From: an uncultured bacterium
Lineage (GTDB): Bacteria > Patescibacteriota > Gracilibacteria > BD1-5 > UBA6164
Direction of reading: 5' to 3'
Assembly: GCA_963922865.1 (NCBI GenBank)
Contig: CAWUJK010000003.1
Coordinates: forward strand, 1,947 to 65,946
Length of the DNA stretch: 64,000 bases
Shown here one piece after another: positions 1 through 12,794 of the stretch (the stretch's first letter is position 1; every line of letters begins with the position of its first letter). Made by a program: the position numbers and the translations under genes. The notes under the pieces were generated by a model that saw nothing but the letters and a program-made list of their open reading frames with translations, searched no databases and was not told the origin of the DNA.

Positions 1-1386
1 GTTTTTGAATTATATATTGAAAAGAAAAATCTCGAGCAAGAAACCATAGCTTTGAAAAAACTTAAAAAGAATTTCGTAGTAAAAAAGAAAATATTAAATG
101 ATAAAAAAGAATTTAAAAAGAAAATACTGGAAATATCAAAAGGAAAAGACCTACTTTACAAAAAATATATAAAGCAAAAAGTTGATGTTGAAAAATCATT
201 GAGAATAAAAGCTTTTTCCGAAAGAGTTAAATTTTATAATACTTCTAAAAAACTATTACATAAATCAGGTTGTAAATTTATTGATGTATCTAAAAATACT
301 CCTAAAGTTAGAACTTTATCAGATAAATGTTATAATCTAAACAAAATAATATCTTTGGAAGCAAGACTTGAAGAAAATAAATCAAAAAACTCTAACAAAA
401 AGACTTACAACATATTTTCTTGGCCAGTTTTCCCAAAACAGTGAATATCTTCTTATTTTCATGATGTTGAATACAAAAAAGAGTTTGGTTCTGAGCACAA
501 GTGAGTAGACTTAATAGTTCCACAATGAACTAATATAGTAGCACCTAGTGATGCTTATGTAATACATCTAAAAGCACCTGTTGATGACTCTTATTCATAT
601 ATAGCACTTAAACACTCTGATTGAGATGTAACTATTTATTGACATGTAAGTGAAATTTTTGTTGATAAATATGATTATATAAAAGCTTGAGAAGTTTTTG
701 CTAAGACATGATGAACATTTTGAACATTTTGAGCATGATATATTACAACTTGAGCTCATTTACATTTTGAAGTTTTGAAAAATAAAATAAATGTTGACCC
801 TTTGAAATATATGGATTTAAGTTATCTTAACTTTAAAGATTTACCCGAATACTATAAACTGGACTTTTTAATAGATTATAGAAATAGAACTTGAAACGAA
901 TATACAAAAAAGCGAGATTTTACTTGAAAAATATTTAGTCTAGACTGAGCAAGTGAGATAGAAAGGCAAAGATCCCTTTTGGAAAAATATGCAAGGAGTG
1001 ATTTTGCTGATTGGAATATGTGGGTTGAAGAATCTCTTAGATGGAATGTAGATCCTACATTTATGATGTGTATTTGATTAGCTGAAAGTTGACTTTGAAG
1101 AAATTTAAAAACTTCGTATAATGTATGAAATGTATGAAATGTTGACTCTGGTTGAACTTGGACTATGAGTTCTCCTAGACAATGAATATGGTGGATGTGA
1201 CATACATTAAATAATAAATACCTGAGAAACTATAATAAAATATCTAGGTTAAGTTGATACTGAAGAAGATGAAATGATCCTATATACGCATCTGATCCTA
1301 TACATTGGCATAGAAATGTAGTTAAATGTATGTCAACTATTAAAGGGCAATATATACCAGATGACTATAACTTTAGAACATATTAA
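1..1386 (+). CDS. M23 (LytM-type) metallopeptidase with C-terminal glucosaminidase-like domain; the 5' end lies outside the window
   Basis: Frame 1 is open from nt 1 to TAA 1384-1386 once TGA is read as sense. The translation contains SEHKGVDLIVPQGTNIVAP and GAHLHFEV (M23 signature). The C-terminus reads CIGLAESGLGRNLKTSYNVGNVGN, which is muramidase/glucosaminidase-like. Confidence 0.8.
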
Positions 1387-1409
1387 ACTTATTAAATAAT
1401 AAAATAAAA

Positions 1410-2750
1410 ATGAAAAAAATAGTTAGTTATAAAGATATCTTTTCTAAATATAAAAAAAGTGATAAAAAAGCATTTCATTGGCTTTTTTCCACAATATTAA
1501 ATTTCGTTATTCCTATTGCTTTTTGATATTATTTTTTTGATAAATCTATAATTTTACTTGTTTTATCTATATTATTTGCTTCTTTTGCTTTGGTTAAACT
1601 TTTTACCATTCAACACGACTGTGGACATTATTCATTTTTTAAAACCAAAAAATATAATGAATATTGTTGAAAAATAATTAGTTTATTTACATTAACTCCA
1701 TATTCATACTGGAAACATCATCATAATAAGCACCATAGCCTTTTGTGAAATCTAGACTCTAGATGAGAAGATTGATTTGTTTGGGGTTATTATTGGACTT
1801 TGACAGTTGAAGAGTATAAAAAACTAAGTTTAGTAAATAAAATTTTATATATACTATATCATTATCCACTTTTTTTGGTATTTGTACTACCTATACTAAA
1901 TTTTTTAATAGCCAATCGTATACCTTTTTGATGAAATAAAAATAGAAAAGATGCGCTTAGTATAATCTATAATACTATTTTTTGTTTTGTTTTTTATTTA
2001 TCGGTTTATTTTTTAGTTTGAAATGAAGTTTTTTGGTATTTTATAGTGCCTATACTTTGTTGTTCTGCTATAATATGATGATGGCTATTTTTTGTTCAAC
2101 ATAACCATGAAGATGCTTATTGGGAGAGAAGTGAAAATTATAACTTTAATAAAGCTTCTTTAGAATGAAGTTCTTATTATGTTTTACCTAAATGGCTACA
2201 TTATATGACTTGAAATATTTCTTATCATCATATACATCACTATTCTGCCATGATACCAAGCTACAGTTTAGCAAAAGTTTACGAGCAATACGATTGCTTT
2301 AGATCAAAATGAATTACTATAAGTGATAGCTTTTCATATGTAAACCTTTGCTTATGGGATGAAAATAAAAATAAACTAGTATCTTTGAAACATTTTAGAT
2401 ATGTAACTTTGCTTTTATATACTTTTTTCTTATTTTTGTCTTTTAGTGCTTGATATTTAGATTTAAATATTTTTATACCTATAGTAGTCGCAATACTTAT
2501 ATTTGTATCATCTTTTCCGTTTATTTTTAAAAAAGAATCCTTGAAACCAACTTTTCTTTTATGGTTTACATGAGCTAATTTTCTATATTTTTATTTTATA
2601 TGAAACAATATCATGGATTTAGGTTATATTTATTATTTTTATACCATAGCTTTTACTTTGCTTTTCTTATTTTTTTATTTTTATAATATAATTTTGAAAA
2701 ATATATATTCTAGTGTAGAAAAACTTAAGTATATAAAAAAAATTTTTTAA
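1410..2750 (+). CDS. membrane fatty-acid desaturase family protein (446 aa)
   Basis: ATG 1410 to TAA 2748. Three histidine boxes are present: HDCGH, HHNKHH and HHIHH. The intervening segments are hydrophobic. Confidence 0.85.
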
Positions 2751-2953
2751 GCTCTTTTAAGATTTTATAAAAAATATGTAGAATATATTTAAATAAAATA
2801 AATTAAAAGAGTTAATCATGCTTTCAGTAATAAATTTACTATTTTGCAAAAAATTTGTCTTTATGCTAACATTGATATTAGAAAACTTACTGCAATTTAG
2901 GGGGTGAACTTATACAAATTTTTGCACAAAAAAAATATATATGTTAAAATATA

Positions 2954-3895
2954 ATGGTAATTTACTCTTATATTTTTTTTATGAGAAAACTTATTTATTT
3001 ACTTTTGTTTATTAATTTTAGCCAAACTTACGCTGTAGGCAGTTCAAAACAATTGGAAAAAACAAACGAAAACTCCAATTTTATACTAAACTTTTTTAGC
3101 GCAGAAATGTTTATAAATTTAGCTTTTGCTATTATTGTTGTTGTGCTAACATTTGCAATTATAAAGATAGTTGATATTAAAATAGCTAGTTTTATTGAGT
3201 CCTCTTGAAACTGAGAAAACAGGGAAGAATTATCTTGAGTTTTAAGAAGAACAGCACATATATCTATTTTAGCAGTATGATTTTCTATTACTCTTTGAAT
3301 ACTTTGAGTTGACATGTGAATATTTATGTGATGACTGTGATTTTGACTATGATTTACTCTAAAAATATTTTTATCAAATTTTATAGCTTGAGTTATAATG
3401 GTAACACAATGAAGCTACCATAATGGAGACTTAATAGAAATAGATTGAAAATCATGAAGTATCAGGAAAATTAATGCTCTTTTTACAGAAGTAGAACAAT
3501 TTGATTGAATAATATTTTTTGTTCCAAATGTAAAATTTCTTGAAAATAATGTTGAAAATTATCATAGAAACGCAACTAGGAGGATAGAAATAGAAGTTTG
3601 AGTTGATTATGATACAGATATAGTTAAATCTAAAAAGGTTATTTTTCAAGTTTTACAAAATTTTCCACAAATATTAAAATCACCAGATCCTGAAATATTT
3701 ATCACAAAATTTGATAGTAGTTCAATTAATCTAAGTATAAGGTTTTGGATAGATAGTAAAAATTGAAATTACTTTGTCACCAAATCCAATGTTACTGAAA
3801 CTATAAATCTAGCTTTCAAGCAAGCTGGTATAACTATCCCTTTCCCTCAAGTAACACTTAGCAATAGGAACGATTTTTCGGTAAAACATAGCTAA
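2954..3895 (+). CDS. mscS: small-conductance mechanosensitive channel (MscS family)
   Basis: The ORF is continuous under code 25. The translation GLGFTLKIFLSNFIAGVIMVTQGSYHNGDLIEIDGKSGSIRKINALFTEVEQFDGIIFFVPN matches the MscS pore helix plus beta domain. An alternative in-frame start is ATG 2981. Confidence 0.8.
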
Positions 3896-4028
3896 TATTA
3901 TCATATATATTTTTTAAAAAACATATAAATAACATAATTTTTATAGTAAAATATATTTGATTTTTATAGTAAATACTCTATAATTTTTATAGAGTATTTT
4001 TGTTTATTTTAAAGTATAATATATAAAT

Positions 4029-4814
4029 ATGAATTTTGACAAAATTGTTAATAAAATGTTGAAAAAATGATGAAAAGTCCTTTTTAAGGAAGATATTTTT
4101 GATATAATAGATCCAGAAAAAAAAATTAAATACCAAAGCAAAGTAGATAAAATAATATATAGGCTTAAAGCTTTATGAATAATAATTAATCTTAAAGCTT
4201 GAGTTTATATTGTTCCTGATATAGATGATAAAAATATCAATAAAGTAGACTTAATAGATAAATATTATCTTAAACTTTTAAAAAAATATATAACTTTTTA
4301 TGTTTGAAGTTCGTATTATATCTCTTGAAATAAATCTTTGGAGATACATAATAAGAACTTTAGTGTTGCAAATAAAATATTTATTATAAATAGAGATCTT
4401 AATAAAAAACTCAAATTTTTAAATTATGAGATTATTTTTAAAACGATTTCTTGTAAAAAAAATAATAAAACTATAAATTTATATTCTAAGTTTTCTAAAT
4501 TTGTGGATAAAAAAACTATATATTCCATAGATTTTAAGGTTTCTTGCTTAGAATTATCTTTAGTTGAGTCTGCTATTATTTGTGATAGTGATAATCCTTT
4601 TAATATATCTCTTATCACTAACACTATTAAAAAATATAATAAAGTATTTGATAAAGATGTATTTTATTTTATTTGAAATTACAAATATATAATGGCATTT
4701 AATAGACTTAAAGAGTTGTCAAAAAATGTGGATAAAGATTTATATAATATATTTTTAGATATAATCAAAAAAAACTGATGACTTTTTATATGAGAAGGTT
4801 TAAGATGAATTTAA
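4029..4814 (+). CDS. hypothetical protein (261 aa), possibly with an AbiEi-like N-terminal wHTH
   Basis: ATG 4029 to TAA 4812 with several sense TGA codons. It extends track ORF 4338..4676 in the same frame. I recognise no catalytic motif. Confidence 0.55.
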
Positions 4815-4945
4815 TTTTTATATTAATTTTTTAACTAAGTATAAAAATGTATTTAGTTTCTTTATTTTTGGAAACAGCTTCATATATTTTTCTGATTTAT
4901 TCGTATTGTATTTTTTTGTTTATATTAATTTTAGGATCAATAATT

Positions 4946-4979
4946 ACGCAAAATCTCTTTCTAGAAAGAGATTTTGCGT
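4946..4979. terminator. bidirectional intrinsic terminator hairpin between convergent genes
   Basis: Perfect 15-bp arms acgcaaaatctcttt / aaagagattttgcgt flank a ctag loop. Confidence 0.7.
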
Positions 4980-5003
4980 AAAAAGGTGATGAATAAACTT
5001 ATT

Positions 5004-6431
5004 TTAAGATTTTCTTCTCTTAGCTATAGTTATGAAGAATAATCAAGCAATAAGAGATATTATTAGCATTAATATTACTTCTGTTGGTCATGTTTGTATC
5101 TTTGTTGCTTGTGATAAATCTCAAACTATTATTTCTCATGAGTTTGTTTGTGTCTTAGCCTTTACTGCAAAATATTGATATTTTACTTTTTCACCAGTTA
5201 TTTCAACTTCAAATTTAGGATTATCTACATTTTTCAGAAACTCAAACTTTCCAGTATCTTTGTTTTTCTTAAATATATCGTAGCTTTTTGCATCATCAAC
5301 TTTATCCCATGTTAATATAGATTTACTTTTGAGCTTTACCAGTTTGAGTCATTTTATTTCTAGATTTGGTAATTCTGGCTTTATTTCTTCTTTTGGTTCT
5401 TCATTTTTTACTTCAACTCAAGTACTTGTCTCTTCTAAAGCTGAGTTTACCTCTACTAGAAAAACATTTATTTTTGCTACTTCTTTTTCAGTAACTGTAT
5501 GACCTAGCGTATCTACCATTACAACATCCATAGAAAATTCTCTTTCTTCGCTTGGTGTTTTAAAAATTCAACTATATTTTCACTCTTCTGTTTCCTCTAA
5601 ATTTATTACTCAGTCATTGAATAGTAGTTTTACTGATTTTAGTCATATATTTGCAAATACTACTACTTCTACTTCAGTATTTTCTTCAACTCTTCAATCT
5701 TGAGATATAGGTGATAGCTTTATACTTTTAAATTTTGGTTTGTTATCATCTATATTTATTATAACCTCACTAGATTCTCCAATTATATTTTCATCAGCAT
5801 CTAAAGTGAATGCTTTAATAACATTATTTCATGTTATTAGTCATTCTATTTGTTTTTCAAATATTCAATCAGAGTTTGATGTAGTTGAAAATTCTTGTTT
5901 ATTATTTATTTTAATTTTTACTTGATGGTTTTTCTTTGTAGCTCATGATACTTTTAGTTCACTTCTTGGCAATGTTGTATTTGATTCTGGACTTAGTATT
6001 TCTATTTCTACTGTTTTGTTTCATGTTTCAGTTTTTGTTATATTTATTTCTCATTTTCAAGTTATATTTTCATAATCATTTGCATCATATATACTTATAC
6101 TTTGTTCTCATGATGTATTAAATTTAACTCAATTTTCAAATTTTTTTACTCATCAATCTGATAACTTAAAACTATAACCATCATTGTTTGATAACTCTTC
6201 TGGTATCTCTATAGAATCATCAGTTTCTGAAAAACCAAAAACATTACCTGTATAATCTGTTACTATTTCATCATTTTTATCTAATGCTGTTATAGTTAAA
6301 TCTAATGCCTCTCAAACTCAAGTTACTTTTTTGTTAAACTCTACTTTAAAATTATCTACAGTTCAAGCAAAGGCGTAACTTAAATTGGAAGTAATTAACA
6401 AAACTAGAAGAATTTTTAACAATTTTTTCAT
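5004..6431 (-). CDS. secreted, C-terminally membrane-anchored hypothetical protein (475 aa)
   Basis: I scanned every codon in this frame and found no TAA or TAG. The N-terminus MKKLLKILLVLLITSNLSYA looks like a signal peptide. The C-terminus ILMLIISLIAGLFFITIAKRRKS looks like a TM anchor. The interior is repetitive and beta-rich. Confidence 0.75.
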
Positions 6432-6534
6432 AATTATTTTAAATAATGTTTTAATATACACTATAATATTATAGTTTTTGACAAAAAATGCTAATTATTT
6501 TACAAAAAATAGATTTACATTTTTGTATTTTATG

Positions 6535-7608
6535 TTATAGGAGAATTATATTTATATTTTTTTCATAATCTTTTCTTATGGAACTTATAAATGTTTGATA
6601 TCATTTTATACTTTTTAAAATTATATTTTTATGCTTTTCATCAATTTCACTAAGTAAATCATCTATTACTAAAATAGGCTTTTGTTTTAAAAATTGTTCT
6701 ATAAAACTTATTTCTAAAAGCTTCATTCATATAATTACTGATTTTACTTCTCATCTACTGGCAAATTCCACTAAAGATATTTTGTTTACATATATTTCAA
6801 AATCATCATTGTGTGGTCACATGCTTGTTGATCAAATGATTATATCTTTTTTTAAATTTTTTTCTAAATTTTCTAATATTTGTTTTTGTATATATTCTAT
6901 TTTTTCTTTTTTATTAAGCTTTTTATTGTTTAATATTTTTGTTTTATACTCAAAATTAATACTTGAAATTTTATTTTCGAAATAAACATCAAAAGTTGAT
7001 ATGTTTTCTTTGAAAAAATTTGTTATTCATATTCTATAATTGTATATTATGCTAGCTTGTTTTACAAATTGTTTATCCCAAAATTCTAACTCTGTTTTTT
7101 GAGAATTTCATTCTCTTATATTTTTCAAAATCTTATTTCTTGAGCTAAGTATTTTTTTGTATTTGCTTAATATTTCTTTATAATTTTCAAATACTCTTAT
7201 TAAAATATCATCTAAAAAGTCCCTTCTTAAATTAGGAGATAAATACATTATATTCATCATTATAGGAGAGAAAAATACTATTTTTTCTATTTTTGAGAAT
7301 AATTTTTTTTTAGCTACTTTTTTCCAGTTGTATTTATATATCTTTTTTTTACTTGTTTTTTCGTATGATAGGCTGATATTGTTTCATAATATATCCTCTA
7401 TTTCTATATACAATACTTCTTTGTTAAATTTTACTAAGTTATCAAAATCTATTTTTGATATGTTGGACAAATGCAGTAGAGATATCGCTTCTAGTATATT
7501 TGTTTTTCATTTACCATTTTCTCATATTATTGCATTTATTTTTTCATCAAAAAAAAACTGTGAATCATCAAAATTTCTAAAATTTTTTAATTTTAGTTTT
7601 TTTATCAT
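6535..7608 (-). CDS. recF: DNA replication and repair protein RecF (357 aa)
   Basis: The whole frame was scanned and has no TAA or TAG. The N-terminus reads MIKKLKLKNFRNFDD...GENGKGKTNILEAISLL (Walker A, with both G residues encoded by TGA). The length is typical of RecF. Confidence 0.9.
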
Positions 7609-7895
7609 TACTTCATTATATTAGATATAGCAATTTGATCAGCAATAATTTGTTGTTCACTACAGTTTAGTAATTGCTGTCTTGATATTTCTTTTTTAGT
7701 TAATTCATCTTTTCTTGGATTATTCTCTTTTGATATAACACAATATGTTGGTTCAATATTTTTGGTATCAACTTCATTTAATAGCTCAAAATATTTTAAT
7801 ATCTCATTTATTTGATTTTGTGTGTTTCAATCTTTCAAAGGTATTTTACTGAGTTTTTGTGAAATTTTTTTTATTTGTTCTTGTGTTAATGTCAT
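7608..7895 (-). CDS. gatC: Asp/Glu-tRNA amidotransferase subunit C (95 aa)
   Basis: The translation reads MTLTQEQIKKISQKLSKIPLKD...LNEVDTKNIEPTY...PRKDE. Its TAA stop overlaps the recF ATG by 1 nt. Confidence 0.75.
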
Positions 7896-7960
7896 TTTTT
7901 ATTATATTTAGTTGTAAGATTATTTTAGTTACTATATTTTTTATCTAAAAAAAATCAAGT

Positions 7961-8296
7961 ATGAATTACAAGCAAAACATATGGAAAGCATTTTCAGATA
8001 AGAAAACAATAGATTATTTTAGGTTTAAATCATCTATTTTCGTATTTGTTGTTACCAATTTTTTATTTTTTTTAAGCTATTTTTTTTATTGAGCTAACTT
8101 TCTTTATTCATATTCAATTTTATCTATACCTTATTTATCCTTACTTTTAGCATTATCTTCATGGTTTTTATTTTTTTTCTTTATAAGATATAAGTTTCCA
8201 AATTTATCTATTATTATTCAAATTACCTCTTTTGTTTTATTTGCTATTTTTATTTTGAGTTTGTCTGCTTTTATTTTTCTTTGAAAAATTTTTTAA
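7961..8296 (+). CDS. small integral membrane protein (111 aa)
   Basis: ATG 7961 to TAA 8294. The translation has three or four hydrophobic segments. Confidence 0.55.
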
Positions 8297-8307
8297 ATTT
8301 TATAATT

Positions 8308-8877
8308 ATGTTAAGAAAATTTTTTTTATTTTTTGTATTGTTGCTTTTGAGTTCTTGTTTCTCTTGAGCTGATGATTCAAACCAACCTTTAGTTTCTGGT
8401 TTTGATTGAGGTGATTTTACTATGAACATACCAAGTTCTTGGGAGCTACTGAAAAATACAAATACTATATTACCTAAACCAGCAAATTGAGATATAGTTT
8501 TTGATGCTGTTTCTAAAAAATTAAATGATGGGTTTTATAGAAATATGCTTGTTTTAAGACAAAATATTGATGAGGATATGTCCTCATTTGATTTTACTGT
8601 TTGAAATTATATTGCTTCTAAAAAAGAATACTTTTATACAAAACTTTTGGCTGAAAAAAATGTTATAATTGACTCTAAAAAAACCAAAATTTATCAATTT
8701 GAGGCTAGATATTCGGATTCTACACCTATATTAAAGTTTTTACAAACTTGAATTGTTTGTGAGAAAAAAGCTTTTTTAATTACTATTGCCATAGAAAAAT
8801 CTAACTCAAATATGAATAGATATGAAGGTTTACTTGCTAGTTTTGTTTGTAAAAATAAAGAAATAATAAATCAGTAG
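8308..8877 (+). CDS. lipoprotein (189 aa)
   Basis: The N-terminus MLRKFFLFFVLLLLSSC carries a lipobox. Confidence 0.65.
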
Positions 8878-8881
8878 TTTT

Positions 8882-9547
8882 ATGAAAAAAATATTATTTT
8901 TATTCTCAGTATTGTTTTTGCTTTTTTCTTGTTGAGAAAAAGAGTTTAACACCAAAATTTCTAAAAAAATTAATTCTTGAGAAAGCATAAAAATATTAGC
9001 TCTTTGAGATTCCATAACTTATGGTTATAAAGTTGATAAAGATAAATCATATCCTTCTCAATTAGAAAAAAAACTAAAAGATAACAACTATGATTATAAT
9101 ATAAAAAATTATTGAATTAACTGAGATAGCTCAAAATGATTGCTTGATAGATTAGATGATATCTTAAAAAATAACACAGATGCTGATATAGCTATTTTAA
9201 CTATTGGATGAAATGACGGATTAAGAAAAAGATCTATTTTAGAGATGAAAAAAAATATTTTGGCTATCATTGATAAGCTTGAACAAAAAGATATTGTAGT
9301 GGTTTTTTGTTGAATGAAGCTGCCTATACTTTTTGGTTGGGATTACTCCAATAGTTTTAATGATGTCTATGAAAATATATCTGATCAAAAGCAGGTTTAT
9401 TTTTACCCGTATTTTCTTGAATGAATTTGACTTAGTGTAGAAAATAATATGCCAGATAATATACACCCAACAGCTAAAGGTTATACTATTATTAGTAATA
9501 ATTTATATGAATTTTTAGATGAAAGTTGATTGCTTATAAAAAAATAG
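8882..9547 (+). CDS. SGNH/GDSL hydrolase (TesA-like lipase/esterase), lipoprotein
   Basis: The lipobox is LFLLFSC. The SGNH blocks are present: LALGDSITYGY, TIGGNDG and DNIHPT. Confidence 0.8.
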
Positions 9548-9555
9548 AATATATT

Positions 9556-10872
9556 TTATTTTTTATATTCTTGTCTTGCTATTTTTTGTGCTTTTTTATG
9601 ATCAACAATTAAGTTTATATAATTTAATTTATTATCTATTGGGTTATGTATTGATTTTATTTCTTGATTTTTTAGTTTTGGGATATATTTTCTTATAAAT
9701 TTAGCATTTTTATCAAATTTTTCTGATTGTAAACAAGGATTAAAAATTCTTAGAGGTTTTGGATCTGCTCAAACTGATGCTGACCATTGCCAGTTTCAAA
9801 AGTTTACATTTTCATCATAATCCAAAAGATATTTCCTAAAATGTTTTTCTCACAGTCTCCAATCTATCAATAAATCTTTTGTAAGAAAACTAGCAACTAT
9901 CATTCGAGCTCTACCATGCATCCAATTTGTTTCTTTTAATTGTTTCATTGAAGCATCTACTACGGGATAACCTGTTTCTCAATTACACCATTTTTTAAAT
10001 AATTTTAAATCATTTTTCCACTTTATATTTCTTCTTTTTTCCTGAAATTCATATTTTTTAGTGTAGGGAAAATTATAATTAATGTGTTGCCAAAATTCTC
10101 TCCATGCTAATTCAGAAATATATGAGTTTGATTTATTTATGGTTTTTAAATATATATCTCTTACTGAAAATATTCCAAATCTTAAAAAAACTGATAATTT
10201 TGATGTTCAATCTTTATCTAAATCATTTCTGAATATTTCATAGTTTTGAAAATCAAATTTTTTTAATCTTTTTTTCCCAAATTCTATTTTAAAATAGGGA
10301 TGTTTATCTCATTTTATTTTTTCATCTAAAAATTTATTTATATCAAATGTATTTTCTATGCAATTAAAATTACTTGGGTGTTCTGTTTTTATTTTTTTTT
10401 CTGCTATTTTTTTCTGCCAAAGTTTATAGTATGGTGTAAAAACTTTTCTTGTTTCAATCTCTTCTGGTTCATTTAATAGATAATCATTTTCGTCATAAAA
10501 AAATATATTATTCTCTAAACAAAATTTTTCTATTTTATCATCTCTTTTTTTTCAATAATTTGAATATGTTTTATTTGTAAATACCGCTTTTATATCATAT
10601 TTTTTTATTATTTTTTTTATTATTTCTTCTGGGTAATCATGATATATTATTAGGTTTCATCAAATTTTTTTAAGTTCTAAATCTAGGTTTAAAAGAGCTT
10701 CTTTTATAAAAAAAAATTTTTTGTCATCAAGCCCTAAAAAATCATCAATTATATTTTTATCAAGTATAAAAATAGGCAGTATTTTTTCACTGGACTCTAT
10801 AGCTTTTATAAGTCATTTATTATCAAATGTTCTTAGGTCTTGTCTAAACCAAAATATTGTATTTTTGTACAT
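9556..10872 (-). CDS. phrB: deoxyribodipyrimidine photolyase (438 aa)
   Basis: The translation reads [18 protein letters not shown]...[36 protein letters not shown]...NFGNWQW. Confidence 0.9.
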
Positions 10873-10909
10873 ACTTATATTTTTAAAATTTATTTTTGCT
10901 TATATTCTA

Positions 10910-11475
10910 TTATAATTTTATTTGTATTTCATCTTTAAAATTAGAATTTACAGCATATAGAAATATTTTTCTTGAATTTAAATCTAAATTACTAATTTTA
11001 CTTACTTCTTTTTTTATTATATTTTCAATGTTTTTCTTATGTTTTTCAAATACTACATTATCTTTTATTCTTAAAAAAGTTATATGAGAAGAGAAATCAA
11101 ATCTATTATCTTTTATATAATTTCTATTATATTTTTTATGTAAGACATTTCTAAAACTTTCTAGATTTAAGTTTGTTTGAATTGTAAAGTATAATATGAT
11201 TCTATTTCACTTTCATCTAAAGAAATAGTTAAATCAAGTAATAATTATTTTATCATCAATATCAAAATTTTTATAAACTCTTTTATATTTTTTTTATTAT
11301 CTTCTTCAATGTCTTTTTCTAAATAATATAGTGTAATATGAGGAGATAGAGGATTTTGAAATGATATAGAGTTTTCTATACTATTTTCTTTAATGTATTT
11401 ATAAACCTGTATAAAAATATCACAAAACAATTTAGATTTTATTTCGATTCATATGAAATGTGATGTGGTTTTCAT
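10910..11475 (-). pseudogene. thpR: 2H phosphoesterase (2'-5' RNA ligase, ThpR/LigT family) interrupted by a 1-nt frameshift
   Basis: The N-terminal part (ATG 11475 to TAA 11245-11247) carries HITL. The C-terminal part, in the adjacent frame (open 11293 down to TAA 10910-10912), carries HITF. The second frame has no ATG in the overlap. The total span of 566 nt is not a multiple of 3. The A5T4 run at 11264-11272 is the likely indel site. Confidence 0.7.
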
Positions 11476-11722
11476 GGGGCTTAAATTAATTTTAAATATA
11501 TATAAATCTATATTGTATTTTCTTCTATTTTTTCATAAATACTTTAAGAGATATTTAGTTAAACTCCAAATAAACTATACATACATTTATTAAAAATACA
11601 AAAAATACGAGCACTATTAATTTTTACTCGTATCTTTTTTTGGGTTTTTAAGCTAAACTTTATCTAAAAAATTTATTAATTACTATATAAGAATATTAAA
11701 AAAATTGAATTTTTAGATACAA

Positions 11723-11797
11723 TGGAGGTGCCTAGCGGAATTGAACCGCTGTAAATGGTGTTGCAGACCATTGTATAAACCACTCTACCAAGGCACC
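11723..11797 (-). tRNA. trnC: tRNA-Cys (GCA), CCA encoded
   Basis: I folded the cloverleaf by hand. The acceptor stem is GGTGCCT/AGGCACC and the anticodon arm is ATGGT-CTGCAAC-ACCAT. The T arm is AGCGG-TTCAATT-CCGCT. The U73 discriminator is typical of tRNA-Cys. Confidence 0.9.
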
Positions 11798-11920
11798 ATA
11801 TTTTATTATATGCACAAGAAATTATATAAACAAATAAAAAATATCAAATTTTTGTTTGACAAAAAATAAATAATATATACACTGAGTATATATTATATTA
11901 ACCTCTAATAAAAATATATT

Positions 11921-12550
11921 ATGCTAACAGATAAACAACAAATAGTTTTAGATAAGATAGTTGATTATATATCAAAATATTGAAAATCACCTACAATAGA
12001 AGAACTAACTCTAGTTTTAAATCAAAAATCTAAAAGGGGAGTAGTACAATATTTAGAATCTTTAGAAAAAAAATGATTTATAACAAGATGAAGATGATAT
12101 AGATCTATAACACTTTGAAATTGAGTATGATTTCAGACTACATTAAACATACCTATTTTATGATATGCGAACGCCTGAACACCATTAGTTGATGCTAAGC
12201 AGTCAGATTATTGAGTTCTTCCAGTTTCAAAAAAAATTATTTCAGGGAGTGAGCACAACTACTTTATTTTAAAAGTTGAGTGAACAAGTATGAACAATGT
12301 TGAGATAAAATGAAAAAATATAGATAATGGAAGCTATGTTTTAGTTAAAAAAGATGAATCTAGCCCTAACTCTAGAGATACATTTTTATTTACAGTAAAC
12401 TGATGAGCAACTATAAAAAAATATAAAAAAGACTGAGATAATGTTTATCTTATGCCAGAAAGTAGTGATGATTACCACAAACCAATAGTTTTATCTCAAA
12501 GTGATAATATATCTATTAATGGTAAAATCGTGGATGTTTTCAATTTTTAA
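11921..12550 (+). CDS. lexA: LexA repressor (209 aa)
   Basis: The N-terminal wHTH reads PTIEELTLVLNQKSKRGVVQYLESLEKKGFI. The S24 domain contains the GTSM serine and a downstream K (TIKKYKK). Confidence 0.85.
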
Positions 12551-12589
12551 ATTTTCTTGAAAAAATTTGCATTAGAAAAAAAAATCGTA

Positions 12590-12771
12590 TAATAAAGCTC
12601 AAAGCATTTGAGCAGAAAACAACTGTGAGCTCGAGGAAGAACGGATTAATCTTATTAGAACCTCGCGAAGCTGAGATACTTCGTTAAAAAGATAAAGTAG
12701 AGAAAAGCTTTAGGTGGCACCTTTCGTATATATTTAACGAACCAAAAGCACACAAATTTTGTGTGTTTTTT
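12590..12771 (+). promoter_or_regulatory. T-box riboswitch leader controlling aspS
   Basis: The T-box core is GGUGGCACC. Antiterminator helix A1 pairs 12707-12714 GCUUUAGG with 12742-12749 CCAAAAGC. The 7-nt bulge is UGGCACC (12715-12721). Helix A2 is UUCGU/ACGAA. The 3' strand of A1 overlaps the terminator stem (12744-12754 / 12760-12770). I could not place the specifier codon with confidence. Confidence 0.7.
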
Positions 12772-12794
12772 AATTTAATAATTAAAATTTTTTT

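Noticed and set aside
3350-3430. Apparent frameshift in the MscS gene, with a stop after ...NGNTMKLP.
   Set aside because: This was my own miscount of an A-run. Recounting codons from the coordinates gives a continuous frame (FGLGFTLKIFLSNFIAGVIMVTQGSYHNGD).
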